The notes under the pieces are model-generated. The model did no database searches. It saw only the letters and a list, made by a program, of their open reading frames with translations, and was not told the origin of the DNA. Made by a program: the position numbers and the translations under genes. Source: an uncultured Smithella sp. (GTDB lineage: Bacteria; Desulfobacterota; Syntrophia; Syntrophales; Smithellaceae). Taken from it: 51,460 bases of DNA. The DNA is taken from assembly GCA_964491435.1 (NCBI GenBank), contig CAZBGE010000004.1:1-51460 (forward strand), in the 5' to 3' direction. Shown here piece after piece: positions 27,773 through 37,442 of the stretch. The first letter of the stretch is position 1; each line of letters starts with the position of its first letter.

Positions 27773-29032
27773 GTGATTAATCAGATAGTTACCCGCACAG
27801 TGCGAAAACAGTTCGCCTTTGCGCTAAATTTTGAAGACGGCTTGACGCCGGAAATGATGGACTGCGCTGATGAAAAACAGCGCCTCCTGTATCTTCATGT
27901 TCCTTTCTGCGAGGAACTCTGCCCCTACTGCTCTTTTCACCGCATCCGCCTTGATGAAGCGCTGGCGCGGAAATATCATGCGGCGCTGCGGCTGGAAATG
28001 GCGCTTTACCGGCAGAAAGGCTACCGGTTCTCCGGCATTTACGTCGGCGGCGGCACGCCGACCGTGTTGATCGACGAACTGGCCGAAACCCTGCGTCTGG
28101 CCCGTGAGCTGTTTCCCGTCACCTCCCTTTCGGTTGAAACGAATCCGAATCACCTGACGGACGCCAACATCGCCATTCTGAAGCAGGCAGGCGTCAACCG
28201 GCTTTCCGTTGGGGTGCAAACTTTCCATGATGATCTTCTGAAAAAAATAGCGAGGTATGACAAGTACGGATCCGGCGAAGAAATTGCGGCGCGCTTGAGG
28301 GAAACCCGGGGAAAGTTTGACACGCTCAACGCCGACATGATTTTCAACTTTCCCGAACAGACGGCCGAAATGCTGGAAGCCGATCTGGCGGTTCTGCTGA
28401 AACTTCAAATGCCTCAGATCACTTTTTATCCTTTGATGGTTTCAACGCTCACGCAGCATCAAATGAAGGAAAAGCTGGGCGAGGTGAATTTTCATCGGGA
28501 AAAGTCCTTTTTTCATCTTATCTTACGGCGGCTGGCGGCGGATTATACATCATCATCCGCCTGGTGCTTTTCGCGCCCAAAAACCGGTCAATCGCTGATT
28601 GATGAATATGTCGTGGATTTTGACGAATACGCCGGGCTGGGCAGCGGCGCCATCGGCTATTTGAATGGCGTGTGCTATGCCAATACCTTCGACATCGAAC
28701 GCTACATCGTCGAGCTGATGAAAGGCAAACTCCCGCTTCAGGCCGCGCGCCGATTCAATGCACCCGACCAGATGCGCTACGACTTTTTAATGAAGCTGTT
28801 CAGCACCCGGATGAATGTGGACAATCTGGAAAAAAAATATGCGGGTAAATATTTAAAGACTTTGTGGAAGGAAATGGCCGCTTTTACGGTAGCGGGATCC
28901 TTTCGCTATTTTCCCCCCAACCTCTATTTGACGCCGCGCGGACGCTATCTGTGGGTCATCATGATGCGGGAATTTTTTATCGCGGTCAATAATTTCCGCG
29001 ATTTTTGCCGGAAACAAGCCGGCTTGTTCTGA
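27773..29032 (+). CDS. HemN-like class C radical SAM enzyme, probably a MenK/MqnK menaquinone methyltransferase
   Basis: LYLHVPFCEELCPYCSFH, VGGGTP, LSVGVQ, QITFYPLM, DEYV; GTG start. Confidence 0.7.
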   Translation: MINQIVTRTVRKQFAFALNFEDGLTPEMMDCADEKQRLLYLHVPFCEELCPYCSFHRIRLDEALARKYHAALRLEMALYRQKGYRFSGIYVGGGTPTVLIDELAETLRLARELFPVTSLSVETNPNHLTDANIAILKQAGVNRLSVGVQTFHDDLLKKIARYDKYGSGEEIAARLRETRGKFDTLNADMIFNFPEQTAEMLEADLAVLLKLQMPQITFYPLMVSTLTQHQMKEKLGEVNFHREKSFFHLILRRLAADYTSSSAWCFSRPKTGQSLIDEYVVDFDEYAGLGSGAIGYLNGVCYANTFDIERYIVELMKGKLPLQAARRFNAPDQMRYDFLMKLFSTRMNVDNLEKKYAGKYLKTLWKEMAAFTVAGSFRYFPPNLYLTPRGRYLWVIMMREFFIAVNNFRDFCRKQAGLF

Positions 29033-29058
29033 AGGATCGGATAACGGAGAAGAGAATC

Positions 29059-30468
29059 ATGGATGAGAAAAGAAAAACCCTGCTGAAAAATCTGCCAAAA
29101 ATTGACGAAGTCATCTTCCTCTTGGAAAAACAGGGCATCTATCAGAAAGCGTCGAGGGAAATCGTTCTCGAAATCTGCCGGGAAACTGTCCAGAAGATGC
29201 GGGACCGGATACTCACCGCTCCAGATAAACAACTGTCTTTATTTGCAAATAGTGAAGCGGCCGTTGCCGGAACTGTTGAAGCAGCCATCGAAGCTCTGAG
29301 ACGTTACAAATTGCGCCGCGTGGTCAACGCGACGGGCGTGATCCTGCACACCAATCTGGGACGCGCGCCTCTCTGTCCCGAAGCCGTAGAACGCATCGCG
29401 GACGTGGGACGCGGCTACTCCAACCTGGAATTTGATCTGGACCGGGGAGCGCGCGGCCTGCGTTACGACCACGTCAGCCGCCTGATCTGCGCGCTGACCG
29501 GCGCGGAGGATGCCCTGATCGTCAACAACAACGCGGCTGCCGTATTGCTGGTACTCAACACGCTGGCCGAAAACAGAGAGGCCATTGTTTCACGCGGCGA
29601 ATTGATTGAAATCGGCGGCGAATTCCGCATCCCGGATGTCATGACCAAAAGCAATTCCATTCTGCGCGAAGTGGGCACCACCAACCGCACGCGGCTTGCC
29701 GATTACGAAAAGGCCATCGGCCCGCATACCGGCGTGATCCTGAAAGTGCATACCAGCAACTACCGGATTGTCGGATTTACCGAAGAAGCGGAACTGCTAC
29801 CCCTGGTATCCCTGGGCAAACAGCACAACATTCCCGTTTTCGACGATCTGGGCAGCGGCTGCCTGATGGATCTTGACAAATATGGGCTACAGCACGAACC
29901 AACCGTGCGCGAAGTGCTGGCCTCTGATGTTGACGTCGCAACCTTCAGCGGCGACAAACTTCTAGGCGGCCCGCAGGCGGGCATTATCGTCGGGAAAAGG
30001 GACATTCTGGCCAAAATCAAGAAAAACCCGCTGAACCGCGCGCTCCGGATTGACAAGTTTACACTGGCCGCCCTGGAGGCGACGTTGATGCACTACCTGA
30101 CGCCGGAAAACGCCCCCCGGACATTGCGCCCTCTAAAAGCACTGACCGAACCATTAACCGCTGTCAAAAAACGGGCGCGCCGGCTGATTCAAAAGCTGAA
30201 ACGCGCCAATCTTCCCGGCTTGACCTGTGAGTTAAAAGAAGCAAAGGCCGCCGCCGGCGGCGGCTCGCTGCCGATGCAGGAAATTCCCACGGCGGTCGTC
30301 GCCGTAAAGTCGGCAACATTATCAGCCAGCCGGATGGAAGCCAAACTCCGCCAGGCAGCGACGCCAATCATCGTCCGTGTGGATGAAGACGGAATCCTTC
30401 TGGATATGCGCACCGTGGACGAAGATGAGTTCGGTTTCGTGGTGGACGGACTGCGGCAGCTGGAGTAA
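29059..30468 (+). CDS. selA: L-seryl-tRNA(Sec) selenium transferase
   Basis: VVNATGVILHTNLGRA, VNNNAAAV, FSGDKLLGGPQAG, RALRIDK; start moved to 29059. Confidence 0.95.
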   Translation: MDEKRKTLLKNLPKIDEVIFLLEKQGIYQKASREIVLEICRETVQKMRDRILTAPDKQLSLFANSEAAVAGTVEAAIEALRRYKLRRVVNATGVILHTNLGRAPLCPEAVERIADVGRGYSNLEFDLDRGARGLRYDHVSRLICALTGAEDALIVNNNAAAVLLVLNTLAENREAIVSRGELIEIGGEFRIPDVMTKSNSILREVGTTNRTRLADYEKAIGPHTGVILKVHTSNYRIVGFTEEAELLPLVSLGKQHNIPVFDDLGSGCLMDLDKYGLQHEPTVREVLASDVDVATFSGDKLLGGPQAGIIVGKRDILAKIKKNPLNRALRIDKFTLAALEATLMHYLTPENAPRTLRPLKALTEPLTAVKKRARRLIQKLKRANLPGLTCELKEAKAAAGGGSLPMQEIPTAVVAVKSATLSASRMEAKLRQAATPIIVRVDEDGILLDMRTVDEDEFGFVVDGLRQLE

Positions 30469-30472
30469 CATT

Positions 30473-31498
30473 TTGCCCATTGAAAACGAATCATCCCAAG
30501 ACCTGACCTTCACGGTGAATCCCGGCCAGGCGGGTTTGCGTCTGGATGTGTTTCTGGCGCAGGCGGATGAATCGTTTTCCCGCTCTCAGATTAAAAATGC
30601 CATTGAAGAAGGAGACGTGCTGGTCAACGGCAAAGAGCCGAAAGTCAGTCAGCATTTAAAAGAGGGCGACGTGGTCGAACTTCACCTGGAGCCGGCGGTT
30701 GATGCCGTCGCCGTACCGCAGGACATTCCGTTAAACATTGTTTATGAAGACTCCTCCCTCATCGTGGTGAATAAACCGGCAGGCATGGTGGTCCATCCCG
30801 CGCCAGGCAACCCGGACAACACCCTCGTCAATGCGCTGCTTTTTCACTGCCAGGACCTTTCCGGCATCGGCGGCGTGCTGAGACCGGGAATTGTCCATCG
30901 TCTGGACAAGGAGACCTCCGGGTTGATCGTTGCCGCCAAGTCCGACGAGGCGCACCGCAAGCTCTCCGCGCAATTCGAAAAGCACGATGTTCATAAAAGA
31001 TATGTCGCCCTGGTCTGGGGAGACGTCCGGGGCGCCAGCGGAGAAATTGTCTTACCCGTGGGACGCCACCCCGTGGACCGCAAAAAGATGTCCACGAAAA
31101 GCAGGCATGGCAAGGACGCCCTCACCTTCTGGAAAGTCCGCGAACGCTTCGGCATGGCAACGCTAATGGATATTGAAATCAAAACGGGGCGCACGCATCA
31201 GATCCGCGTCCATCTGTCCGAGCGGGGCTGGCCGGTCATCGGAGATACGGTTTACGGCAGCGCGTCCAGGTTGCAGACCGTCCGGAACGCGGCGCTGAAG
31301 ACCGGGATCAAAGCGCTTTCCCGACAGGCGCTCCATGCCGCGCAGCTTTCCTTCCTGCATCCACTCAATGGAGAAAGGATGGTCTTTACCGCGCCGCTGC
31401 CGGAAGACATGGAAAATCTGCTGGCCCTGTTTCGTGCGGCCGCGCCTGCGCCCCCGGAAAATCCCGCTTTACGAAACTGGAAGGATCAATTAAGGTAA
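30473..31498 (+). CDS. rluD: RluA-family pseudouridine synthase (RluD-like, with S4 domain)
   Basis: RLDVFL, NKPAGMVVHP, HRLDKETSG, TGRTHQIRVH, QALHA; probable TTG start at 30473. Confidence 0.88.
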   Translation: MPIENESSQDLTFTVNPGQAGLRLDVFLAQADESFSRSQIKNAIEEGDVLVNGKEPKVSQHLKEGDVVELHLEPAVDAVAVPQDIPLNIVYEDSSLIVVNKPAGMVVHPAPGNPDNTLVNALLFHCQDLSGIGGVLRPGIVHRLDKETSGLIVAAKSDEAHRKLSAQFEKHDVHKRYVALVWGDVRGASGEIVLPVGRHPVDRKKMSTKSRHGKDALTFWKVRERFGMATLMDIEIKTGRTHQIRVHLSERGWPVIGDTVYGSASRLQTVRNAALKTGIKALSRQALHAAQLSFLHPLNGERMVFTAPLPEDMENLLALFRAAAPAPPENPALRNWKDQLR

Positions 31499-31503
31499 CC
31501 TCC

Positions 31504-32358
31504 ATGTTTTCACAATCGAACAACAACGGCGTCGAATACCTGCAATCGCCCCTGCTTCAGGAAAGCGATTTTCTGGTTCACGCTTTTTGCACGAGACACG
31601 GCGGGGTGTCACAGGGAGATTACCATAGTCTAAATATGAGTTTTCGCGAAGGGGACGAGGAATTTCATGTTCTGCAAAACTGGAACAATCTCTCCGCGGT
31701 TTTTCAGATTCCGGTGGAAAAATTTCTGGTCCTCAACCAGATTCACGGCGACGATATTTTCGTCATCGGACCGCATGGCGATTATTTCAGTTCGAGGGAG
31801 GCGCTGGATTACGACGCCATCGTGACCAATCGTACGAATCTGGCCATTTGCATTAAGACAGCAGACTGTGCGCCGGTTTTCCTGGTGGACCGCGCAAAAA
31901 AAATTATTGCCGCCGTGCACGCGGGCTGGCGCGGGTCGGCTCTCGGCATCACGGCCAAAACCGTCCGCCTGATGAGGAGTCAATATGGATCGCAGCCGTC
32001 CGATCTCGCGGCGGCCATCGGCCCGTCCATCGGCCCCTGCTGCTACGAAGTCGATGCCGCCACGGTGGACCAATTTCGCGGCCACGCCGATTGTGAATCT
32101 TTCCGGAAGCCCGGAAAAAGAAAAGACCGCTGGATGCTGAATCTGGTCGAAGTCAACCGCGCGCAGCTCCGGGAAGCGGGCCTTTCCGAGCAGGCCATCG
32201 ACAGCGCCGATCTCTGCACCTCGTGCCGGCAGGACCGTTTCTTTTCGCATCGCGGCTCCGGCGGCGTCACCGGCCGCCAGATTAATTTTTTGATGCTCAA
32301 GGAAGATCCGCCGTGCCGCGTTTTCATGATGGATGATCCCGTCAGACAAATCCATTAA
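31504..32358 (+). CDS. pgeF: PgeF/YfiH-family protein
   Basis: TRHGGVS, QIHG, TADCAPV, HAGWRG, GPSIGPCCYEV; follows rluD as is common. Confidence 0.88.
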   Translation: MFSQSNNNGVEYLQSPLLQESDFLVHAFCTRHGGVSQGDYHSLNMSFREGDEEFHVLQNWNNLSAVFQIPVEKFLVLNQIHGDDIFVIGPHGDYFSSREALDYDAIVTNRTNLAICIKTADCAPVFLVDRAKKIIAAVHAGWRGSALGITAKTVRLMRSQYGSQPSDLAAAIGPSIGPCCYEVDAATVDQFRGHADCESFRKPGKRKDRWMLNLVEVNRAQLREAGLSEQAIDSADLCTSCRQDRFFSHRGSGGVTGRQINFLMLKEDPPCRVFMMDDPVRQIH

Positions 32359-32383
32359 CCATATTTGCTGCGATCCGGCCAGG

Positions 32384-32980
32384 TCAAGACACATCAGAGA
32401 CGTTTGCCAGCCGGGATTGGATTTCCGAAGAAAATATTTCTTTGACCCGCTGCCAGGGCATTGGCTCGATGCGGATATTTGCCGGAAGAGAGAAATTCTT
32501 ATACCACGGCCCGTAGGAAGGAAGCAGAACCTGCTCCCGCTCGGCTGACAAAACGGCCAGATCGGCCATTTTGACTTCTTCAGGCTCCGGAAAGGCTAGG
32601 CCGAAGACATCCGCCACAACTCTGGAAATTCCCGCTTCCACCTTTTTGTATTCAGACATGATTTTTTTCAGAGGGCTGACCATATCCCCAACATAAGCTT
32701 CCGCCGCATCATGTAAAAGTCCGTGCAGCTTCAAGGGAGAAGGCAAAAGCCGCGCCACATAAAGAGAATGCTGCGCCACGCTGTATGGAAAAATCGCCGC
32801 GCCGTTGAAGCGATTGATGAGGGCAAGTGAATGGACAATGTCCTCGATGCGAATCATTTCCGGCTGGGGGTTAAGCAAATCAAAAGCAATGCCGGAAAAA
32901 GTGTGAATGCAAACCGGCTCCCGCCTTGTGCTGAAATTGCCTTGTGGCGCATTGACAAAGTGTGTTTCTTTCATTTGCAT
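32384..32980 (-). CDS. HD-domain phosphohydrolase (YfdR/YfbR-like 5'-deoxynucleotidase)
   Basis: EDIVHSL..INRF, YSVAQHS, LLHDAAEAYVGD. Confidence 0.8.
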   Translation of the reverse strand: MQMKETHFVNAPQGNFSTRREPVCIHTFSGIAFDLLNPQPEMIRIEDIVHSLALINRFNGAAIFPYSVAQHSLYVARLLPSPLKLHGLLHDAAEAYVGDMVSPLKKIMSEYKKVEAGISRVVADVFGLAFPEPEEVKMADLAVLSAEREQVLLPSYGPWYKNFSLPANIRIEPMPWQRVKEIFSSEIQSRLANVSDVS

Positions 32981-33082
32981 CCCTCAACCGGAGACCGGTG
33001 GATGAGCTGCCGCGCAACCATCCCTCACCGGCCTTTCTATGGCTGAATCATTGTTTTCCGGCGCTTTTGACCGCGCCTGACC

Positions 33083-36000
33083 TCAAAATGATTCGCCGGA
33101 CAACTTCTTTCCTGTAAACCACTTCTCTTCGATTCCTTTTGCTCCGGAAGCGAAAACGCTGACGGCAAATCCCGCTTTTTCCATAAAATCAACAACTTCA
33201 TTTTCACTCCGGAATCTGTTGGGCGCGCGGGTGATTTTTAATCTGGCGATTTCCGCCCAACGCTTCCAGGGGGTTCTTTTACCAGACGGAATGGTCGCTC
33301 TGATGACCAATGTTCCTGCCGGGGAAAGTTTTTCGTATATCCGTTGAAAAACGATTTGCACTTCCTGATCGGAAATTAAATGCAGCATATCCAGCATGAG
33401 CACATGATCAACAACTCCGTCAACCTCTGGCAGTTCGGGAGCTCGTCCAACTTCTATCCGACCGCGATTGCCGATGACACGCGAGGCGATCAAAACTCGC
33501 TCCTCATCCGGTTCTATGCCGTAAACTTCAGCCCGCGGATAAATTTCCAGAAGCCATGTGGCGGGAACGCCATAGCCGCAGCCGATATCCATGATTCTGC
33601 GGGGATTCCGCACATACCTGTCCAACTCTTTAAACATCGGGTCCGTCATCATTTTCATGCGGGCAAAGACGCGCGGATAGGCCGGCAGATGGCGGTAGCG
33701 CAAAACCGTCCGGCGCAGATGCTCTTTTGAACCAATCGTAAATTCACCCGCGGGAAATGAAACCGGAGCAAATATCTTTTTCATTAAAACCGGAAGGATA
33801 AAGAACACACCGAGCAAAGAATAACTGATGCCTAAAAATGAAACCACTCCGATGCTGCGCAACAGCGCGTGCTTGGCGAAAGCCAGTACGCCGAAACCGA
33901 TCAACGTGGTAAAGGCCGCCAGAAAGATCGCCAATTTGATGGTATGCATGGCCGGAAGTCTTTCGTCAAAGTTACGCTGGTAATGGCAAATATAATAAAC
34001 CGCATAATCATCCCCCATGCCCATAATGACCACCCACAGCATAATGCCGGGGATATCCAACGGCTGGCCGATTATTTTCAGCGTGCCCAGGGTGGCGATA
34101 AGCGCAAAGACAATCGGCGCCAGCACCGCCAGCGTCAACCGCCAGTCCAGAAAGTATAAAAAAGTGACCAGCGCAAGCCCGATGCTGATGATAACGGCGA
34201 TTTCCAGAAAAAGATTTTTGAGAACGTCGCTCAATCTCCTGTTGAATAAATCGCCGTCGAATATTCTGGCCAAACCGCTTTGGGAAACCCGGTCATGTAA
34301 AGTCTCCGCATGATAATTTTTTCCGGCGGCAAACAGGCTCAGTTGCGTAAAACCCTTGGGGCCTCTGGCGATGCCCAGCATTTCAAAATACTTTTCCGGT
34401 ATCTCGAATGTCCCCGGGGCATCCTGATGAATGATTCTCCAGAAAGGTTCAAATGCCGTGGGCGCAAAGCCATTTTCGCTGGCCGCCGCGCTCAGGTCGC
34501 GCTTCAGCGCCGCCTGGCGCTCTTTACTCCAGAAAGCGCGCCAGGCGGCAAAATTGCTGCGCGCCGTATCCTGAGACGGAAATAAAACGGAAGGAAGAAA
34601 TACCGGGGCGAGCTTTTCCTGCCGCACATCATTTTCCAGCAGGTTCATCAATTGTTCATTTCTTTTCTGCAATTGAGAAATATCCGGGGCTTCCAGAAGA
34701 GCGTAGCATTTGCCGGAAAAATTGCCCCAGACGCTTTGCATTTTCTTATCGGCGTTGATTGTTTCTTTGCTCATGGAATTCATGGCGTTCATATCCACGT
34801 TAAAGACCGGTTTGGCGAAAAAAAGCATGATCAGGGCAAAGACAACAGCGGCAATCAATTTCCAATTCGCGGCGGCGGCGATTTTTTTAACCGCGTTGAA
34901 AAGCAACGGATTGCTATGTTTGGCCGCCGGCGGCATGGCCGGAAATATTTTCGGAAACACCGAATGAACAAAAAGGAGAGCAAAGGTAACGCCCAGCGCG
35001 GCAAAAACGCCGATTTCCGCAAGAATTCTGAAATTACTGACCAGCAACAGCAGAAACGAACCAACGGTTGTTAAAACCGCCAGAAATTCCGCCGTCCAGA
35101 CCTCCCGCGCCACACGTTCGCCATAGGTGGTATGGGGCTGATCCAGAAAAAGCAGGTACGCGATTCCCAGATCAACCGTAAAGGCCATAATGGCGCCGCC
35201 GAAACCTACAGCCAGCATGGACATGGATTTGAACAAAAAAGAACAGACAAACAGCGCAGCCATCGCTCCCACGGCGGATGGCAAAAGCGCCAGCAAACCG
35301 ATGAGCGGACGGGGAAAGACAAACATCAGCAGAAGCGCTATGCCCAATGTGGTGAAGGTGACGGCCATCTGCACGTCGCGCCTGGCGATGGTTTCGTTAT
35401 CCAGAGCCGCGCGATAAGCGCCCGCGGACGACAGGATATACGGATGGCCGTCACCGGTCGTTCCCGCCAGTTCCCTGCGGCAATCGTCAAGAAGATTTTC
35501 GATTTTGGCGGCTGTGGACGTATCGGTTCCCGAACCTTTGATTCCGGCAATAATCAAAGCGTGCCTGCCGTCTTCGGAAATCAGTTGTCCCCGGTAAAAT
35601 TGGACTTTACCGGCGGGAAGCAGGGCAGACATCCGCCGTAAAATAACGCCGGAGAAACCCAGCGGATCTTTGGCGATTATTGCACTGCGGCCGATTCCTT
35701 CGAGTTGTTCCATATCCCGCCGGTTTTGGGCCATCGCCTCCCTGATTTTGTCCGGTGTTAAAAGTGGCTGGATTTTTTGTTCCAGTTCAGAAGCGCTCAA
35801 GAGCGCAGGCAGGTTATTGTTGACATGCGCCATGAGTTCGGGAAAATTGTTTGCGTCATCGCCGATGCCCACCTTGGTGAAAAGGCCGCTTTTGCTGAGT
35901 TTATCCGAAAGCTTGGCCGCCTTGTTCACCAGTTCGTCCCGATCAGGATTTGTCTGTTCAAGGTCGATGAATACTTTGTCCTGAATGGGCAGATGTTTAA

Positions 36001-36181
36001 TAACCTGACGCGCACCGGCCAGCACCGGATCGTTTTGCGGCACGGACTCTAAAATATCCGTTTCGATCTTTAAATATTTGGATTCCCAGAAAAAAAGCGC
36101 CGCCACAATCACGGCAACGACAAAAACAATGGACCATCTAATCTGATATTGACCTGCTGACATGAAAGCCTTTAGATTCAT
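33083..36181 (-). CDS. MMPL/RND-like exporter fused to a C-terminal class I SAM methyltransferase
   Basis: Two TM bundles (VDLGIAY; GMGDDYAVY) and C-terminal MDIGCGYG...IEPD...MLDMLH. Confidence 0.8.
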   Translation of the reverse strand: MNLKAFMSAGQYQIRWSIVFVVAVIVAALFFWESKYLKIETDILESVPQNDPVLAGARQVIKHLPIQDKVFIDLEQTNPDRDELVNKAAKLSDKLSKSGLFTKVGIGDDANNFPELMAHVNNNLPALLSASELEQKIQPLLTPDKIREAMAQNRRDMEQLEGIGRSAIIAKDPLGFSGVILRRMSALLPAGKVQFYRGQLISEDGRHALIIAGIKGSGTDTSTAAKIENLLDDCRRELAGTTGDGHPYILSSAGAYRAALDNETIARRDVQMAVTFTTLGIALLLMFVFPRPLIGLLALLPSAVGAMAALFVCSFLFKSMSMLAVGFGGAIMAFTVDLGIAYLLFLDQPHTTYGERVAREVWTAEFLAVLTTVGSFLLLLVSNFRILAEIGVFAALGVTFALLFVHSVFPKIFPAMPPAAKHSNPLLFNAVKKIAAAANWKLIAAVVFALIMLFFAKPVFNVDMNAMNSMSKETINADKKMQSVWGNFSGKCYALLEAPDISQLQKRNEQLMNLLENDVRQEKLAPVFLPSVLFPSQDTARSNFAAWRAFWSKERQAALKRDLSAAASENGFAPTAFEPFWRIIHQDAPGTFEIPEKYFEMLGIARGPKGFTQLSLFAAGKNYHAETLHDRVSQSGLARIFDGDLFNRRLSDVLKNLFLEIAVIISIGLALVTFLYFLDWRLTLAVLAPIVFALIATLGTLKIIGQPLDIPGIMLWVVIMGMGDDYAVYYICHYQRNFDERLPAMHTIKLAIFLAAFTTLIGFGVLAFAKHALLRSIGVVSFLGISYSLLGVFFILPVLMKKIFAPVSFPAGEFTIGSKEHLRRTVLRYRHLPAYPRVFARMKMMTDPMFKELDRYVRNPRRIMDIGCGYGVPATWLLEIYPRAEVYGIEPDEERVLIASRVIGNRGRIEVGRAPELPEVDGVVDHVLMLDMLHLISDQEVQIVFQRIYEKLSPAGTLVIRATIPSGKRTPWKRWAEIARLKITRAPNRFRSENEVVDFMEKAGFAVSVFASGAKGIEEKWFTGKKLSGESF

Positions 36182-36477
36182 TCATTTATTAATGCATGAC
36201 GCTTGTTTTTTAAACCATATTTTACCGGCAGTGGCAAGACAAAAACCAAGTAAGGGAAAATCCCGCCCCTCTTCCGTAATTCAAAACATTCAGAACATTG
36301 ATGATCCCGGATGGCTGCATTCTTGATGAGTTGATTTCCCTCGCCATCTCGCGTTTTTCAAATTACTCTCTTTTCTGTCTTTATTCCCCGCGCGACACAT
36401 CTCCATATCATCCAGGTTACTAAAAATGTTGCATGAGATAATTTTCACAGACCTATCATTCCTCATGAAAAATTGTC

Positions 36478-36507
36478 TTGACAATAGAACATTTGTTCTA
36501 TTATAAT
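36478..36507 (+). promoter_or_regulatory. Consensus sigma70 promoter with a GAAC-N4-GTTC palindromic operator
   Basis: TTGACA 36478-36483, 18 bp, TATAAT 36502-36507; AATAGAACA-TT-TGTTCTATT at 36483-36502. Confidence 0.8.
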
Positions 36508-36514
36508 GTAATCC

Positions 36515-37102
36515 ATGGAAACAAAACGCACCGTAAAATCAGTAACGCAGAAGATCGCGGATTTCAGCCGAAACCGGCATCGCATGCCAACTTATGAAGA
36601 AATGGTTGATTTACTTGCCGTACGCTCCAAGAGCGTTGTCCATTTCTGGATGAACAAGTTGCTCAAGGAAGGAATTTTGGAAAAGGACAAATCAGGACAC
36701 CTGACTTTTATAAACCCGGTTGCCGGAGTCCCTCTGGCCGGCGAGGTATCCGCCGGTTTTCCATCCCCGGCGGAAGAAGAACTACGTGATATCATCTCCT
36801 TTGACCGCTACCTGATCACAAACCAGAGCAATTCATTCCTGTTGAAGGTTGACGGAGACTCCATGATCGGAGCCGGAATCATGCCTGATGATCTGGTGCT
36901 TGTCGAGCATGGCCGGGAACCGAAAAATGGCGATATTGTCATTGCCGAGGTGGATGGAGCTTGGACCATGAAGTATTTCCACAAGAAGAGCAAAGAGGTT
37001 TACTTGGAAGCAGCCAATCCCAAATACCCAAGAATTACGCCCATGGAGGAATTGCGCCTTGGCGGCGTGGTCACGGCTGTTGTTCGAAAATATCACTCGT
37101 AA
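36515..37102 (+). CDS. lexA: LexA-family repressor (winged HTH plus S24 peptidase)
   Basis: MPTYEEM HTH, Ala-Gly cleavage site in SAGFPSPA, catalytic GDSM and MK. Confidence 0.8.
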   Translation: METKRTVKSVTQKIADFSRNRHRMPTYEEMVDLLAVRSKSVVHFWMNKLLKEGILEKDKSGHLTFINPVAGVPLAGEVSAGFPSPAEEELRDIISFDRYLITNQSNSFLLKVDGDSMIGAGIMPDDLVLVEHGREPKNGDIVIAEVDGAWTMKYFHKKSKEVYLEAANPKYPRITPMEELRLGGVVTAVVRKYHS

Positions 37103-37123
37103 CTTGATGAGAGGGCCACAAAA

Positions 37124-37357
37124 ATGCAAGCTGAAGCAACTTTTTCCGAAAATAGCATAACAACAAGCGCGGCAAAAAACTTAAAGATCGTCCAAGCTGT
37201 TAACCTTATAGAAAAATTTAAGAAATTCATAGAGGAAAGCAACTGGGATGAACAACTTTTGGGATACGAAAAGCACTTGAACCGGTTTTTCTGGTGGATT
37301 ATTGCCGCATCTATTGTTTTCTTCGCGCCCGTCTGCGTAAATATTTTCACCCGTTAA
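37124..37357 (+). CDS. Small protein with C-terminal TM helix (77 aa)
   Basis: GAGAGGG RBS; 21 bp after lexA; hydrophobic FFWWIIAASIVFFAPVCVNIF. Confidence 0.65.
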   Translation: MQAEATFSENSITTSAAKNLKIVQAVNLIEKFKKFIEESNWDEQLLGYEKHLNRFFWWIIAASIVFFAPVCVNIFTR

Positions 37358-37383
37358 TCAATTGTCGGAATAAAGCGGTTATT

Positions 37384-37416
37384 AAAAAAAAGGGATGGGG
37401 TTTTACCCATCCCTTT
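37384..37416 (-). terminator. Rho-independent terminator, possibly bidirectional
   Basis: AAAGGGATGGG/CCCATCCCTTT stem with a T-run on the minus strand, between convergent genes. Confidence 0.8.
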
Positions 37417-37442
37417 CGCACATGTTGTAAGCTGTTATAAAC

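Noticed and set aside
32384-37357. Prophage, suggested by the phage-type HD protein and LexA-like repressor
   Set aside because: No integrase, structural or packaging genes, and no att sites seen.
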